Source: Carcharhinus amblyrhynchos
Lineage: Eukaryota
Direction: 5' to 3'
Assembly (NCBI GenBank): GCA_965287045.1
Contig: OZ336872.1
Coordinates: 104,966,001 to 105,030,000 of the forward strand
Length of the DNA stretch: 64,000 nucleotides
The notes under the pieces were generated by a model, which worked only from the letters and a program-made list of their open reading frames with translations, was not told where the DNA came from and did not search any database. This document shows positions 25,501-37,793 of this stretch, piece by piece. Positions within the stretch are counted from its first letter, which is position 1; every line of letters begins with the position of its first letter. The translations under genes were made by a program, and so were the position numbers.

Positions 25501-27449
25501 CATTTTGCTACAAACTAATAAAGAGGAAGTCTATGTGGAGATTAAACACAGAAAGAGTATTTTAACTCGAATGGAGAATTGCTTCAGCTTTGAACTGTAA
25601 AAATGCATATTAGCGATTAAGATGAAGACAGGGTCTTTTTTGGACATCTGTTTCAATGAGCATACCTATGCAATGATACTGTAAATTGAGGGGGGGGGGG
25701 GAAGAAAAACAAACAGCTAAAGTAGCGTGAGGGCTTGGTCATTCGGTATTATAATATATTTTTAAATATACTTTTATATATTTAAATTAAAGATTTGAAA
25801 GGACGTCCGTGATACATTAAAGTGGGAATAAACAGTATTGCTACAATGTAGCGTGCAAACTGCATGGCATAGACTGTTTAGGTGGGTTGGATTAGAATGA
25901 GAAAAATATGCTTCTAAGTAAACTTGCTGCTGGTTAATAGGGGCGGACTTGACCACACTTGTGGAATCACTGCACTTAATACATTGAAGGCAAATTTAAA
26001 ATTGCGATAAATTGTTTATTCAGCCGATTGCACTTAAATGTGTGCCCATTAAGCATGTACCTTTAAAAGCCAAATTTATCTCTATTATTTCTATAACTCC
26101 CATTTGTTAATTGTACAATAAAATATGTTTTCCAGTGAAGTATTTTGCTGACAAGCTCCCACATTTGTTTTAAATTATGCTGTGTTTCCCCCTGCCAAAC
26201 CTCAGCCCAGACTCATACTTCAAGGATTCAAATTCTGAACTGTCCCCATTGTTAACACGAAATAACACGGGTCTGACTCCCTCGTCAGACTTCTTGCCTG
26301 GGCGAATTTAGGGTTTTGGACGCTCACAGCTAATTATGTTTCCTTGTAATTGCTGTGACGATCAGTAATGCTGGGATGAAGGTGCTTATTTTTCAGCCAC
26401 AGGATGTGTCCAGGCTCAGGCTGTTTGTATTTTACAGGGTGATTTGTAAAACTATCGATGATGCCCAAATTGTCACCAAATGCCTGTGAAGTTCGCATGC
26501 CTCGGTGCACACTACAATCCGCACACACACATACACACAGTCACACACAAGCAACACCACTTGCATTGGCCTAACACAGAGAGAAGTCTTTAAAGAGGCC
26601 AAGCCAAGTATAGTGGAGTTCGTCCTACACAGGCGGGAACTTTCAGGGTGAATCAACATGTTATCCATCTTTTGTGGAGCCACAACATACAAAGTAAATC
26701 ACAGTCTCCCGCTGGACGTAGAATGTTTCATTCATTATCCCAGTGAATTCGTTTTAACTATTTCAAACGGTCATAGGTGTGATGTGATTGTTCCTCCTAA
26801 TGATTAAGATTTTATCACATAGCTCTTAGGAGTTTCCCACTCAACCATTGTTTCAATGCGATGATGACCCCTCCACCCCCTCCAAGAGGAAGCGTGAACT
26901 TACCGTCAAAATTGTGTCGCATATGTGTTTAGTACTTGCAAAGTCATTCATAAACAAAATGCTGTCTCTCTGAATGAAAGGCTCAAAGTATTGTGGCAAG
27001 GAAAGCGCATTGAACAGTAACAGAACGTTAATGTTTAGTTCCTGCACTATTTTCTGTTGTGCTGTTTTCATCTATTAAAGACTATAATTAAATCGAGCGT
27101 CAAGGAGCGACAGGTCTGTTTTACACCTGAACAGATGTGCGTTCCTTGTTAAAACAGCACTTTTTGTGTTTTGCAGTAATCACAACCTTCAGCCTTGAGG
27201 TCTGATTATTGTCAGCGTTATATACAGTATATATAAGAAAAATACTGTTTTTTCTTAAAATATCTCGGACTATGTAATTTTTATATCTATAAAAGGTACT
27301 TGAAAACACTTTAGAGAAGCACTCTGGCAATCTGGCGAAGCAATCACTATGTTTCCGAATTTGGTGAGCTGCCACTATGACAAGCAGACTGGACGATCGA
27401 TGAACAATCACTTGTATCCCTGTGTAATGACCTATTTGTCAATACCTTT

Positions 27450-27852
27450 TATACACTGCGTTGTAGTCAAGAGATTAGTAATATCTGCACGACCTTCAGT
27501 AATTTGAGCAATAAATCAATATATCCGTGCTCAACGGTGTTTTATTGTTAGAGAGAGCCTGGTGTGTCCATTTGTCCGCTTTGGGTTCAGTTTGCTGTGT
27601 GGCTCAGGCTGCTGCGGGACGTTAGGAGGCGCTCAGCGCACACAATCCAGCAGGCTGCAGCAATGAATCGCAGAGGCTGTGGGCGGACTGGTCTCCCCTG
27701 ATTGACAGTGTGTGAGTGGCTTTCCCAGCAAGCCGCACTCATTCACTACTGATTCCTGACCAAGTGCCAGAACGATCGGGAGAGCAGTGTGAGCTCAGCA
27801 CTGGACTAAGACGAGGCGAGGAGGAGAGGGGAAGGTGGCCACCGTTAACATT
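27450..27852 (+). promoter_or_regulatory. Probable core promoter / 5' UTR of ephb3
   Basis: GC- and CpG-enriched sequence directly upstream of the start codon, with a GC box (GGGCGG at about 27681). The TSS cannot be determined from sequence. Confidence 0.5.
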
Positions 27853-27907
27853 ATGGATATCTCGGTGTTTTTCTATTTCTTCTGCCCGCTGGCCATGGCT
27901 GTTGAAG
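27853..27907 (+). CDS. ephb3: EphB3 receptor tyrosine kinase, coding part of exon 1 (signal peptide MDISVFFYFFCPLAMAVE)
   Basis: ATG in strong context (attATGg). Hydrophobic 18-aa leader ends AVE+G|GTAGGG, a phase-1 donor. It joins exon 2 (AG ACT...) to give AVE-ETLMD, the typical EphB N-terminal junction. Lies in CpG-rich DNA. Confidence 0.85.
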
Positions 27908-30829
27908 GTAGGGGCAGCCTTTCAGAGGTCTCACTACTCTTTAAAATCCAGCAATTTCCATTTGGAGTCAAACGGGGGGGAAACGGAGAAGGCAACAAGA
28001 TCGCGGCAACTACATTACAAGTCTCTCTGAGTCCACTTGATAGGAAAACAGAGCGATCGAGATATGTTTCTCTGTTTTCCCAATGTATTCACATTCCAAC
28101 ACAGCCCATTCCGGATCTAGAGTGTGTATGGAAACGGTTGCTGCATAAACTTATGTCTCCGAGTTCATTACTTCACATTTTCTGGCATGATTTTGCGTGT
28201 TAATACAAGAAAGGGTGCGCACAGTTAACGTTTTAGATAGTTGCCCCCGTGTGCAGTTTACACTCGGGAAGAAATGCTCTTCAAATATACAGAGCGATTT
28301 CTTTTTATTTTCGGCAGCTCTACTGCCGATACTGCGTGGAGGGAGAGGCTGTGGGGGTACTGCGATTCTAAGATTTGATTCTGCACTGATTGTGGTTGGG
28401 TAATTGGTGGGTTGGGAGGAGGTGGGGGGGGGGGGCGGCGAGGTGGGACGCTCTTGTGAACCAAGTTTGCAATCGGCCCCGCTCGCCAAAGCTGCCCCTT
28501 ATACCTGGGCAGGCAAAAGCTCAACCTCCCGGAGTTCTCTCTTCCATGTCGGGGCCACTAATCAGTAACAGGGACCAGCCAGCACAACATGTTCACGATC
28601 CGCTGTGCTGTGTACCCTGCACTGCATCAATGTTCCGTCCGCTGCAACTTTAAACCGAAGGAGTGAGTGAGAAATTAAAGGAGTCCGGATCTTTAATTTC
28701 GGAAGTGCGGGAATTTTCTCTTTTTTTGGGAGGGGTGTAATTACCGAGTTTGGAAGTAAATAAAGCAACGAGGGAAACTTCTTAAGGACTGATGATTTTG
28801 AGGGTGGGGGGAGGGTGGGAGTTGAGATGAAGTTTTGTATGGGATTTATTTGCAAGCATTCACGTCCCCTTTTCACATTTCCACGGGACGGGTTTAGAAA
28901 CCCGAAGCATGCCAAGACTTTGAGGGTATCTAACCAATTGTGCATCTTGGCCACAACCGATGTCAATCAAAGTCTGGTAGCCCGAGGAATAAATATTCAT
29001 CAGTAACAAGTCTGGTCTCGATTGGCCGGGGTTGGGGAGAAACCAGGTTGACGGGGATGTGTATGGACTGGAATTCGAGAGCTGCTGAACCCGTATGTGG
29101 GAGCTGCTGTTGCCTCTTACAACCCGGGATAGGAGGGAAATTCTCGGGCAGTTCCAGTCATTGCAACTCCCAGGACAACATTGCAGCTTGTGCTCAGTGT
29201 TCGGCCACTTTACAATTCGACTGCGGACGCCAAAATGAAAATAAGGTCTTTTTAACTATTTGTTGTCCCCCCCAAATCAGTTTAGATGCTGGCGTCCACA
29301 TTGTTTTCCAAAACCCCTCAACTGGTCTCAAGCTTTCAAGCGGGCAGAGTATAAAAGTTAGTCAGTCAATGGACATGGGACTTCACAGGGACATTAATGA
29401 CATTTTACCGCGGCAAAGATAGATAGCTATCCCGGCTGTAGATTTACGTATGGTGAGCATAGATTGTAATTACCTTCCACACCCCCACCACATCAAACAG
29501 CTATGTTCAGTGGCTGCCCGTTACAACTAGAAGCTGTTCTGTTCTATATTTCATATTCTGTTAAAACTGTCAGGGTAGTCACAGTAGGGCTTGGGCCCTT
29601 GGTTAACAGGGCAACAATTAACATTCTCTCCATGAACACAATCGCTCCAGTTAGAGCAATGTTATTTTTTCGTGCTAAATTCGCCGCCTTGCCAATACAG
29701 CAGAGAGGAGCAATTGAATTACCGGGTGAAAACGAGCTGTGAGCCAACACGGGGCTTATTTGTTTCCCAGTGACGGTAACAAATATCGGTCATTTGAGAG
29801 CATTGCTTTACTTCAGACTAAATCTTCTCGTGATAAAACCCCGCATCAAATTCGACCTCAGTCAGCCCTATTACTTATCGCTGCTCCCGCAAATCGGCGG
29901 GGTGTTTTATTTCATTGTTTAATCTTTCCCTTAAAACTTCATCAAACAACAGCCGGTTTTCCAGGGCGGAATCCTGTAATTAGACATCATCAGTGCTAAA
30001 TTGCTACGGGATTCACAGAAAGTATGCACAGTTTGAGTGTTTTAACCTCAGTATATAATTTAAATATTCATAAAAAGCTGAGTCAAACATTTAAAAAAAC
30101 CTTTGCGTTGTCAACTTCTGCTATGGAGATAGCTAGTGCATATTATGCCTCCAGTGCATATTTGGGGAAAATGATATTTAAAGCAAAGGTTATCCCGTGA
30201 TCCAATCTCTGCACATTTAATACAATACTAAAGAATTCAAGTGCATGAGATCCTCTGACCTCAGCATAACCATGAAGTAAATAATTTGGTATCCATGTTA
30301 AAAGATGCATTATGCAAACTCAAAAGCGCTGACATTAATCACAGGAATTTTGATAATTTAACATCCCATTCAACAGCAAAATCAGCAAATACATTGCCCA
30401 AGACTTTTCAGGATTTCATTTTATAAAACTCAAAACGTCACATTTCTTGTTTGCGCTGCAGTTTACTCGAAAGATGACCTTTTATGGAAATAATCCTAAA
30501 GTGGGACTATTTTTAATAATTGATCAATGAGCCTTATGCTCAAATTCATATGAATGATGCTTTTATTTCTGGAATTATAAATTAACCCTCTACAATGTAC
30601 ACAGTGTAAAACATAATTTTCTACCCCTCAATTGCATTCTCTGCTCTGATATTTAGCTCTGGACCGGCAATCTTGATTAAAGTGGTGAAATTTCAGGTAC
30701 CGATTTCTAAGATTTGCCAACAGCAGACATGAAGTGCTCGATAAAGGGGTTTGTAAATGGGGACGGACTAGGAAATTGGTTGGGCCACTTGCTCGAAAGA
30801 GACGGGTCTCCTGCCTGTGTTGGCCCGCG

Positions 30830-31250
30830 CATTGGGGGAACTGTGTCATTGGGGTGTTGGGGATTGTCATTGGGACATGGGGCCTGTGACACTGGGGACT
30901 GTGTCATTGGGAACGCTGCTGGGGACTGTGTGATTGGGGATTGTATTGGGAACTGTGACATTGGGGACTGTGTCACTGGCGACTCAATTGGGGACTATGT
31001 CATTGCGGATTGAACTGGGGACTGCGTCATTGGGGACAGTGATATTGGGGATTTATTAGGGATTCGTCTGGGGACTGTATTGGGGACTTTGTTATTGGGG
31101 ACTGTGTCATTCGTGACTCTGCCATTGGGGACTGTGACACTGGGGACTATGTAACTGCAGACTCTATTGGGGACAGTGTCATTGGCGATTGTATTGGGGG
31201 CTGGATTGGAGACTATCACTGGAGACTGTGTTATTGGGGATTGTGCCACT
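30830..31250. repeat. Degenerate G-rich minisatellite, unit about 15 bp (ATTGGGGACTGTGTC)
   Basis: More than 20 recurring TTGGGGACTGTG-like units seen directly. Confidence 0.9.
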
Positions 31251-33075
31251 GAGTTCCGTGCTTTCTCTTGTCTGCATCTTCGATGTCCCGGCCGCACAGT
31301 TAGCTGCTAATGGGCTCTGCAGCATTTCCCTCTTCCAAGGCAGACAGACAGGGAAGGAGGCTGGGCGGTGTGAATTTCACTATGCTCCTGGGATCTTTTT
31401 TGGTCTGAAGTGAATTTCGCAGATTATTCTGGGCTTTTCCTCCCCCTTCCTTCCCTCTCTTTCCCCTTTGCATTTCCATCAAGGAAGCCGGTCTGTGGAA
31501 TACAGGCTGTTGGTTTTAAAAGCTGCTCATGTGGCAGTCCGGTTTAGACTCTGGTTTCAGCGTTGCGTGCCTGCTTGTTGTGGCGTTTTCAGCACAAGGG
31601 CTGGCGGATTTAGTTCCTTTCAGTGGATTTGTTTTAGAAGGAAGCAAATCCCCCAGATACCATGACAGCACATTAAGTAAACAACGGCAAGAAGATTGGT
31701 GTTTCACGGGTTTTCTTTCCTGAGGTGTGGTTCTCGCCTCATTCTAACCAACGGGCTGGGGATTCAGTTTACAGCATTTGGCAGTATAATGCAAGGCGAA
31801 CTTCCGGTTATTTATAAACGGCTCATCTCTAATCCAGTCATTTGATAATATTTTTATTATGCAGCGACACAAAGTAAATGGCAGCTCGCTTGCAACCGGA
31901 TACATTTTCGTGTGACTAAAATAAAAATCCTCGGGGCACCTCGAGCTATTGAAAATGAGTTGTCTGTAATCGCAGCACTGTGGATTGCCACGCAAGTGGA
32001 TTGGAGCACACATCTCAGGGTTTGGTGGTTATATATGTGGATAGATCATGACATACCCGGGTGCTGTATACAGACTTAACACAGATCAAAGCAACTTCAG
32101 CTGGCTAAGGCTCTCACAGAATTGATATTGCATTTCTAGTTGGCTTCAAGAACTTTCAGCTTCTGGCCAGGACAGGAGACAACATTACTTAATAATTACA
32201 AAAATAAATTAAGGTTGAATGATCACATAGGTCTTCGATTTTAATCTACTTTGGTGGCCTTGTTTTCTTTCCTGTTGAGCCAGGTTAACTTTGAATATAT
32301 ATTAAGGCCAATGTGTTGGAAGCCAATGAAGCTTCAATGGGGGTGGAATCAGTGCATATACACTGTCCCTTTGCACTAGAATGATGAATTGCAGATTTAA
32401 TGCACCGAGAGCTTGCAGTTTTTAATCCCGAGGCATGAACTGTCATCAAGAGGGCAGAGAGAGGTCGTGAACTTGCTGATGGGAAAGCAGAAATAGCATT
32501 GGCGCAATACCCACAGAGCCTTATTGGGAAAACGACAGGCAAATTGGATTAGGTTTGAAATGTATGATGAGTCCTGGCAGTGCAGGAGGCTGTTGGAAAA
32601 GAAAGGTCACATTAGTTTCTACCACAAGTTGTTTTAACATCACGGGGACGTCTTGTTCATATTTTATTAATTTTTTTTCATTTTTGTGCCATATTTCCTG
32701 AACCAATTTCTGTCCCTTTCAAAGAAATTTGCTGCACCATTATGTGGAATTTGCAGGCCCTGCATTGATGATTGAGGTAGTAGTGTAAGGTAGTAGTTGC
32801 AAGACTAGTATATATTCGAGAACGTTATTTTACCAGATTTAAATGCTAACAGTCAAATTAATTATAGAGATGGGTTGGATATCGGACTTAGATGGGGTGG
32901 GGGGGGGCGTGATTTTAGACTATGCAGCACTTAACAATGGCCTCACCAACAGTACAGCCATTAACTAAAACTTTAAGTAGTTCTGAATAGTAACAAGACA
33001 TTTTTAAAACGTATTTAACGTTGGCCCTCAAATGTAATCAAGATGCAAATGCTGCCTTTAACATACAGCATGAAA

Positions 33076-33186
33076 TCCTGAAATATGTTAGGTTTTCCCT
33101 AACATATTTCAGGAATATTAAAGCAGCTAGAGGAAGGGCCACCAATATGACCATTGGTGGCCCTTCCTCTAGCTGCTATAATATTC
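33076..33186. repeat. Two abutting near-perfect inverted repeats (17-bp stem; 34-bp stem with one mismatch)
   Basis: TCCTGAAATATGTTAGG-ttttc-CCTAACATATTTCAGGA; AGCAGCTAGAGGAAGGGCCACCAAT-atgacc-ATTGGTGGCCCTTCCTCTAGCTGCT, extended by GAATATTA/TAATATTC. Confidence 0.95.
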
Positions 33187-33478
33187 TAAGCTGAATTGGA
33201 TTAAGACTGCAATGAATGTTAAGGACACATATATATTACATGAATCAAAGTTCAGAAATCACAACATACAATCTAACTGGAAAGTACCACCACGCTAAGA
33301 AACAAAGTTTTAATCTGAACCTTGTATGCCATCTTTGACTTGCTATGAGAAAATGTCTTGCAATCTTGCTTTTAACGCTAATCCGTGCACCTTCGTTTCT
33401 TAAAAACGTGGTACTGACAATAGGCATATATACATATATAGGCTGCTTTATGCTGAAAGTCAATGGATCTAAATAATA

Positions 33479-33514
33479 GTTTCTTTTGACCTAATATTTT
33501 AGGTCAAAAGAAAC
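33479..33514. repeat. Perfect 16-bp inverted repeat with 4-nt loop
   Basis: GTTTCTTTTGACCTAA-tatt-TTAGGTCAAAAGAAAC. Confidence 0.95.
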
Positions 33515-34971
33515 AATTCAGTATGTTTGACTTTTTTCAAATAGCTTCTGCTCAAGTTGATGTTTTAAATAAATAGAGATGGTCTGTTTTTTGTGAGTGC
33601 ATAGTGAACATAATGAATCATAAATATATCAATGTCAGAATGGAACATGTGGTGAGCTGCGTTGCCATTTACATGAGAAAAAGTGTGAGAAAACCACAAT
33701 TTCCCAAAACTGGCTGTGATTTCTATTTTTTGGAGTAGGAAAAGGATCACGTTTAACTGTCAACTATACACATGCACAACCAGTGCCTTGATAGCACTTC
33801 ACACAACCCACTCTGCAGGAAAGCCTGTGAAAAAAGTCAATGACTCCCTCTGTCAAGGGCCCTCCCAGACAACAATGAGCATGAGTGTGCTTCACTGAGG
33901 ATGGGGAGGCACTCCACATCACTAATGGAGCTTTTGATTCCTCCCTTTGCAGGGCAGCAATTAGTGATCGATGGTGTGTGCAGCTGGCCAGATGTTTTAC
34001 AGTCAATGTCTGCTGCTTTTTTTTTGATGAACATCTTCAGTCAGTGAGAACTTGAAGTTAATGTGGGGAGAATGAATACAACAACATTGTGATAATTTGA
34101 TTAAAAATAGTAAAGATGCGAGAAGGGAATTAATGAAAGAGAAAGAACAACAAGGGACATATACAATGAGATCTGAGAAGAGGGGTTATTGAGCTGGAAT
34201 ACAGCATCTGATGGTGAAAGTATAAACACTAAAATAAGTTAATATCAAAATAGTTTTCTATAATCACACAGAAAATGCATGAAAAATTAAATAAAGAAAT
34301 TGAAAGAACAAAGTAATTAATATTGGTGTAAATCAATGGGCATGTTCAATAAGCCAGTTTATTTTTAATTGTATAAATAATTTTAGGTTGATTGTCAAAA
34401 TAAGAATTAATGGAAAATTTGCAAAATTATAACACACCAAATGTAATTTATAGTCAGGTATAACCAGGTTCAATTTGTCACATCCAGCATGAACTTTGTT
34501 TTATGATGGTTTAATTTTGTGTATTGCATCTACCCTCGAGATGAGAATAAAGGTTTCTTTTTTTTTAGAACACTTTCATTGTATCGTGTATCCTTTCTCC
34601 TTTGTCTCTACCTGCCTGTACTCCAGGAAATCACATAACGCTGCTGTGCTGGTTCTTTGTTGAGACTTGTGCAGTGGTAATGCAGGCAGCCAAATCCTGT
34701 AAAATCTTGCTAACATTCACCATCTCCCAATCTGAAAAATGAATGCATAAGATTAACGAATAATTGCTGTGAGTCGAAAACCCCCAATAATTCCCAATTA
34801 CTACAAATTATTGCACTCAAGAACAAATCATACAGTATCATCACAAGCGAGGTTTAGCTTCAAATTAAAAAGTCATTTTTTGTTATACTTTATTTATTGC
34901 ACCTATACTTAGTGCTGAGAACAAACTTTTGATATGAAATATCTCTTGTAATGGATTGCATTGAGCAAAGG

Positions 34972-35070
34972 TATGTGTTGTGTGTAAATGTGTATGTGTG
35001 TCTATATACGTATATGTGTGGATGTATATTTATATATATGTGTGTGTGTGAGTATGTGTGTATGTGTATT
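34972..35070. repeat. Degenerate (TG)n/(TA)n microsatellite
   Basis: Alternating TG/TA dinucleotide tracts. Confidence 0.8.
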
Positions 35071-36646
35071 TGTCATATGCACGATGCGTTTATCTTATGC
35101 ATGTGTGTGAAAGTTTGTTGAATTTGGAGACAAAAATGGCTAAAGTCACAAAACTGCCGATGAGAAAAGAAGAGTTTGATACTCAAATATATGTTTGGTT
35201 TCTGAATTACCAGACTTGCTGGACAGTAGAACATTCAGGCAGCTTCTATATGTGTATGCTGGTGGGGGTCAGAGGTTGAAGAGGGCAGTGGTGTGCTTTG
35301 CTGGGACGTTAGGTGTCACTCTGGGGCTGCTTCACTCTAAGGAGCCCCTTTGGGGCCTTAAGATACATGTATTGTAATCTTTCTTGTGTGTATAAGTGTG
35401 TTTAGTGTATTTATATAAAAATCTATACTGTGGGCGGTTTTATCTGGGAGAGGGAGGATGCTCTGTGGCAAACCGCTGATTACAAAATCTGGTCGAGGTT
35501 AAAAGAGAACAAATAATTTACAAGTATTACTTGTACAAATTGGTTCTGTGCGTCTGTAGGTTGTATAAGCTATGAATGGGATACATTATGCGATTAATTA
35601 ATGCTCTGCATTCTGTTTATACCAAAAGTATGGTATCAAAATGAAACTAAAATAAAATATTATTGCTATTAAATATTTGATTTTAGTCGAGGTGACGTAT
35701 GGCAGCGTCACAATATTTACCAGCTGAAATCTCCAGAAGGATTATATTCACCATTTTGAAAGTGATATTAGCAGAACTTGAAAATGCTAAGTTTATGGGT
35801 AACTGATTCCCAGTGGCTGCAGTTGTTAAATAATTGAAAGCTGCAGTTTTCAGAGCATCAACTGAGGCAGGAAACTAAGAATTAAAAAATGAAGCATTAA
35901 AAATATTTCCACTGTTGCGTACAGTTGACCTCAATATGAACATAGAGCAGTAGACAAAATGGCAGCACAGCCAGTGACTTGTCAGAGAAACTGCACCTGT
36001 TCAAGAAGTCTATTTTAAATTTAGCGACTGGTGCCTCATGATTTGTGGGTTTAGAATTCTGGCTTTTTTGAGTACTCACAAAAATGTCAGTCTAACCAAC
36101 CATAGAATATTCCAGAATCACAGTTACAATGGCATTATCTTGTTTATGGAAACTTTGAAGAGTTACAACAGGTTTTTTGGATAATGTTGTTCAGAATGCT
36201 TAGGGGCTTTATTTTGCAACATAATCTGTGGTGGTCCTTTAACTCCTGTCCAAAATGTTCAGTATTTCCAAAGAGTAGAAACATAACTTTTAGAGCTTCT
36301 AATCTTTCTTCATTTTCAGAAAAGTAACCAGCATTGAGGATCCTATTAGCTGATGCTGTGTGTGAAAATTCCTGTTTCTGCTAAATAAATATTCAAAACC
36401 TAATCATCAGAAAGCTGCTGCATTAACATTGCTTGCGAGGCCTTGTTTCAGTACATACAAAAGGGTTGAATTTTCTTGAGGTTGCAGAGAGTCATGATTT
36501 ATGAATCTTTTAGTGCTGAATTACTTGGGTCAAAGAAAAAACAAGCTTCTCCTCAGACTGATTCAGAGGGGTCTATCCCTCTTTGGGACACACACTGAGT
36601 CTGGAGGCCTGTGCGCAATATTCTCATCCCATCTATATCCGATCAC

Positions 36647-36785
36647 GGGCTGGATTCTCCAATCTTGCCCACAGCTGGGATTATTCAGTCTTGCTGCGTG
36701 GTCAGGGGAGATTTGGCTGAGCGCCAGATTCTCCGTTCTCTCTGGCAGTGGCAGCGGGGTGAGAACAGCCGAAAAGCTCTGGCCC
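36647..36785. mobile_element. About 135-bp MITE, family X
   Basis: GGGCTGGATTCTCC...GAAAAGCTCTGGCCC termini; interior shared with 19190 and 63257. Confidence 0.7.
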
Positions 36786-37242
36786 GTGTGTCCATTCTTG
36801 TTTCTTCAAGTCTTTTAGAATTTGTCACTGATAGAAAAATGGTGAACAAGAGAAAGATTCTAATCACTGAAATTCCAAATGCGTACACAAGTTTTATAAT
36901 AGTTAGTTCATTGAGTTAAAACTAGTTACTTTGTTCAAATAGAACACTGACACAATATTTCTGTTTACTTTCTTATTATGTTCAGAAGGAAAAGAATAAT
37001 ATTTATTAGTTTTTGTGTGCAATTGAGAATACCCCATTGCAAAACAACTTTGATAGTACATAACAAATAAGATATCAGAAAAAGTCTTCTTGAAAAGTTT
37101 GTACTCATTTATTCTGAAGTAACCACTGGTTGCGTTGTGAGATGAATATCATTTTATGTAGACTACAGTTTATCCAATACTCATTGGGCTAATGGATTAT
37201 GTGTTAATTACAAGATTTTTCCTTACATAAGTAAAAGAAAAT

Positions 37243-37793
37243 ATAAGAACATAAGAAATAGGAGCAGGAGTAGGCCATCTAGCCCTTCGAGCCTGCCCCG
37301 CCATTCAATAAGTTCATGGCTGATCTGAAGTGGATCAGTTCCACTTTCCCGCTCTCTCCCCATAACCCTTAATTCCCTTGTCTACCAGAAACCTATCTAC
37401 CCGTGACTTAAATATATTTAGTGAGGTAGCCTCCACCACTTTAACGGGCAGAGAATTCCAGAGATTCACCACCCTTTGAGTGAAGAAGTTCCTCCTCAAC
37501 TCTGATCTAAACTGCACCCCAACGCGCCCCCCCAGTTATCTTGAGGCTGTGTCCTCTAGTCCTGCTATCCTTTCTCTCTACCTCTACCCTATCCATCCTC
37601 TTCATTATCTTATATGTCTCTATAAGATCCCCCCTCATCCTTCTAAACTCCAACAAGTACAGACCCAGTCTATTTAGTCTCTCTTCATAGTCCAACCCCC
37701 TCATCTCCGGTATCAGCCGGAGAACCTTCTCTGCACTCCCTCCAAGGCCAATATATCCTTCCGCAAGTGCGGCGACCAAAACTGCCCACAGTG
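37243..37793 (-). mobile_element. Young CR1 LINE 3' fragment
   Basis: GLDYEERLNRLGLYLLEFRRMRGDLIETYKIM...RTRGHSLKI; FRSELRRNFFTQRVVNLWNSLP; (TTCTTATG)n tail. Near-identical to 61630-62001. Confidence 0.92.

Noticed and set aside
27835-28203. 122-aa ORF
   Set aside because: Only the first part (27853-27907) is coding; the rest is read-through into intron 1.
28940-29422. 160-aa ORF in intron 1
   Set aside because: Non-ATG start and no recognisable domain; long ORFs are expected by chance in GC-richer DNA.
30707-31297. TQSP- and GDC-repeat ORFs
   Set aside because: Translation artefacts of the 15-bp minisatellite; no splice or homology support.
31588-31608. REST/RE1-like motif TTCAGCACAAGGGCTGGCG
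   Set aside because: Only the left half-site matches; the GGACAG right half is absent.
32773-32784. TGAGGTAGTAGT matches the 5' end of let-7 family miRNAs
   Set aside because: The match stops after 12 nt and no complementary 3' arm (CTATAC/CTGTAC...TTTCC type) follows; it is part of a short AGGTAGTAGT duplication.
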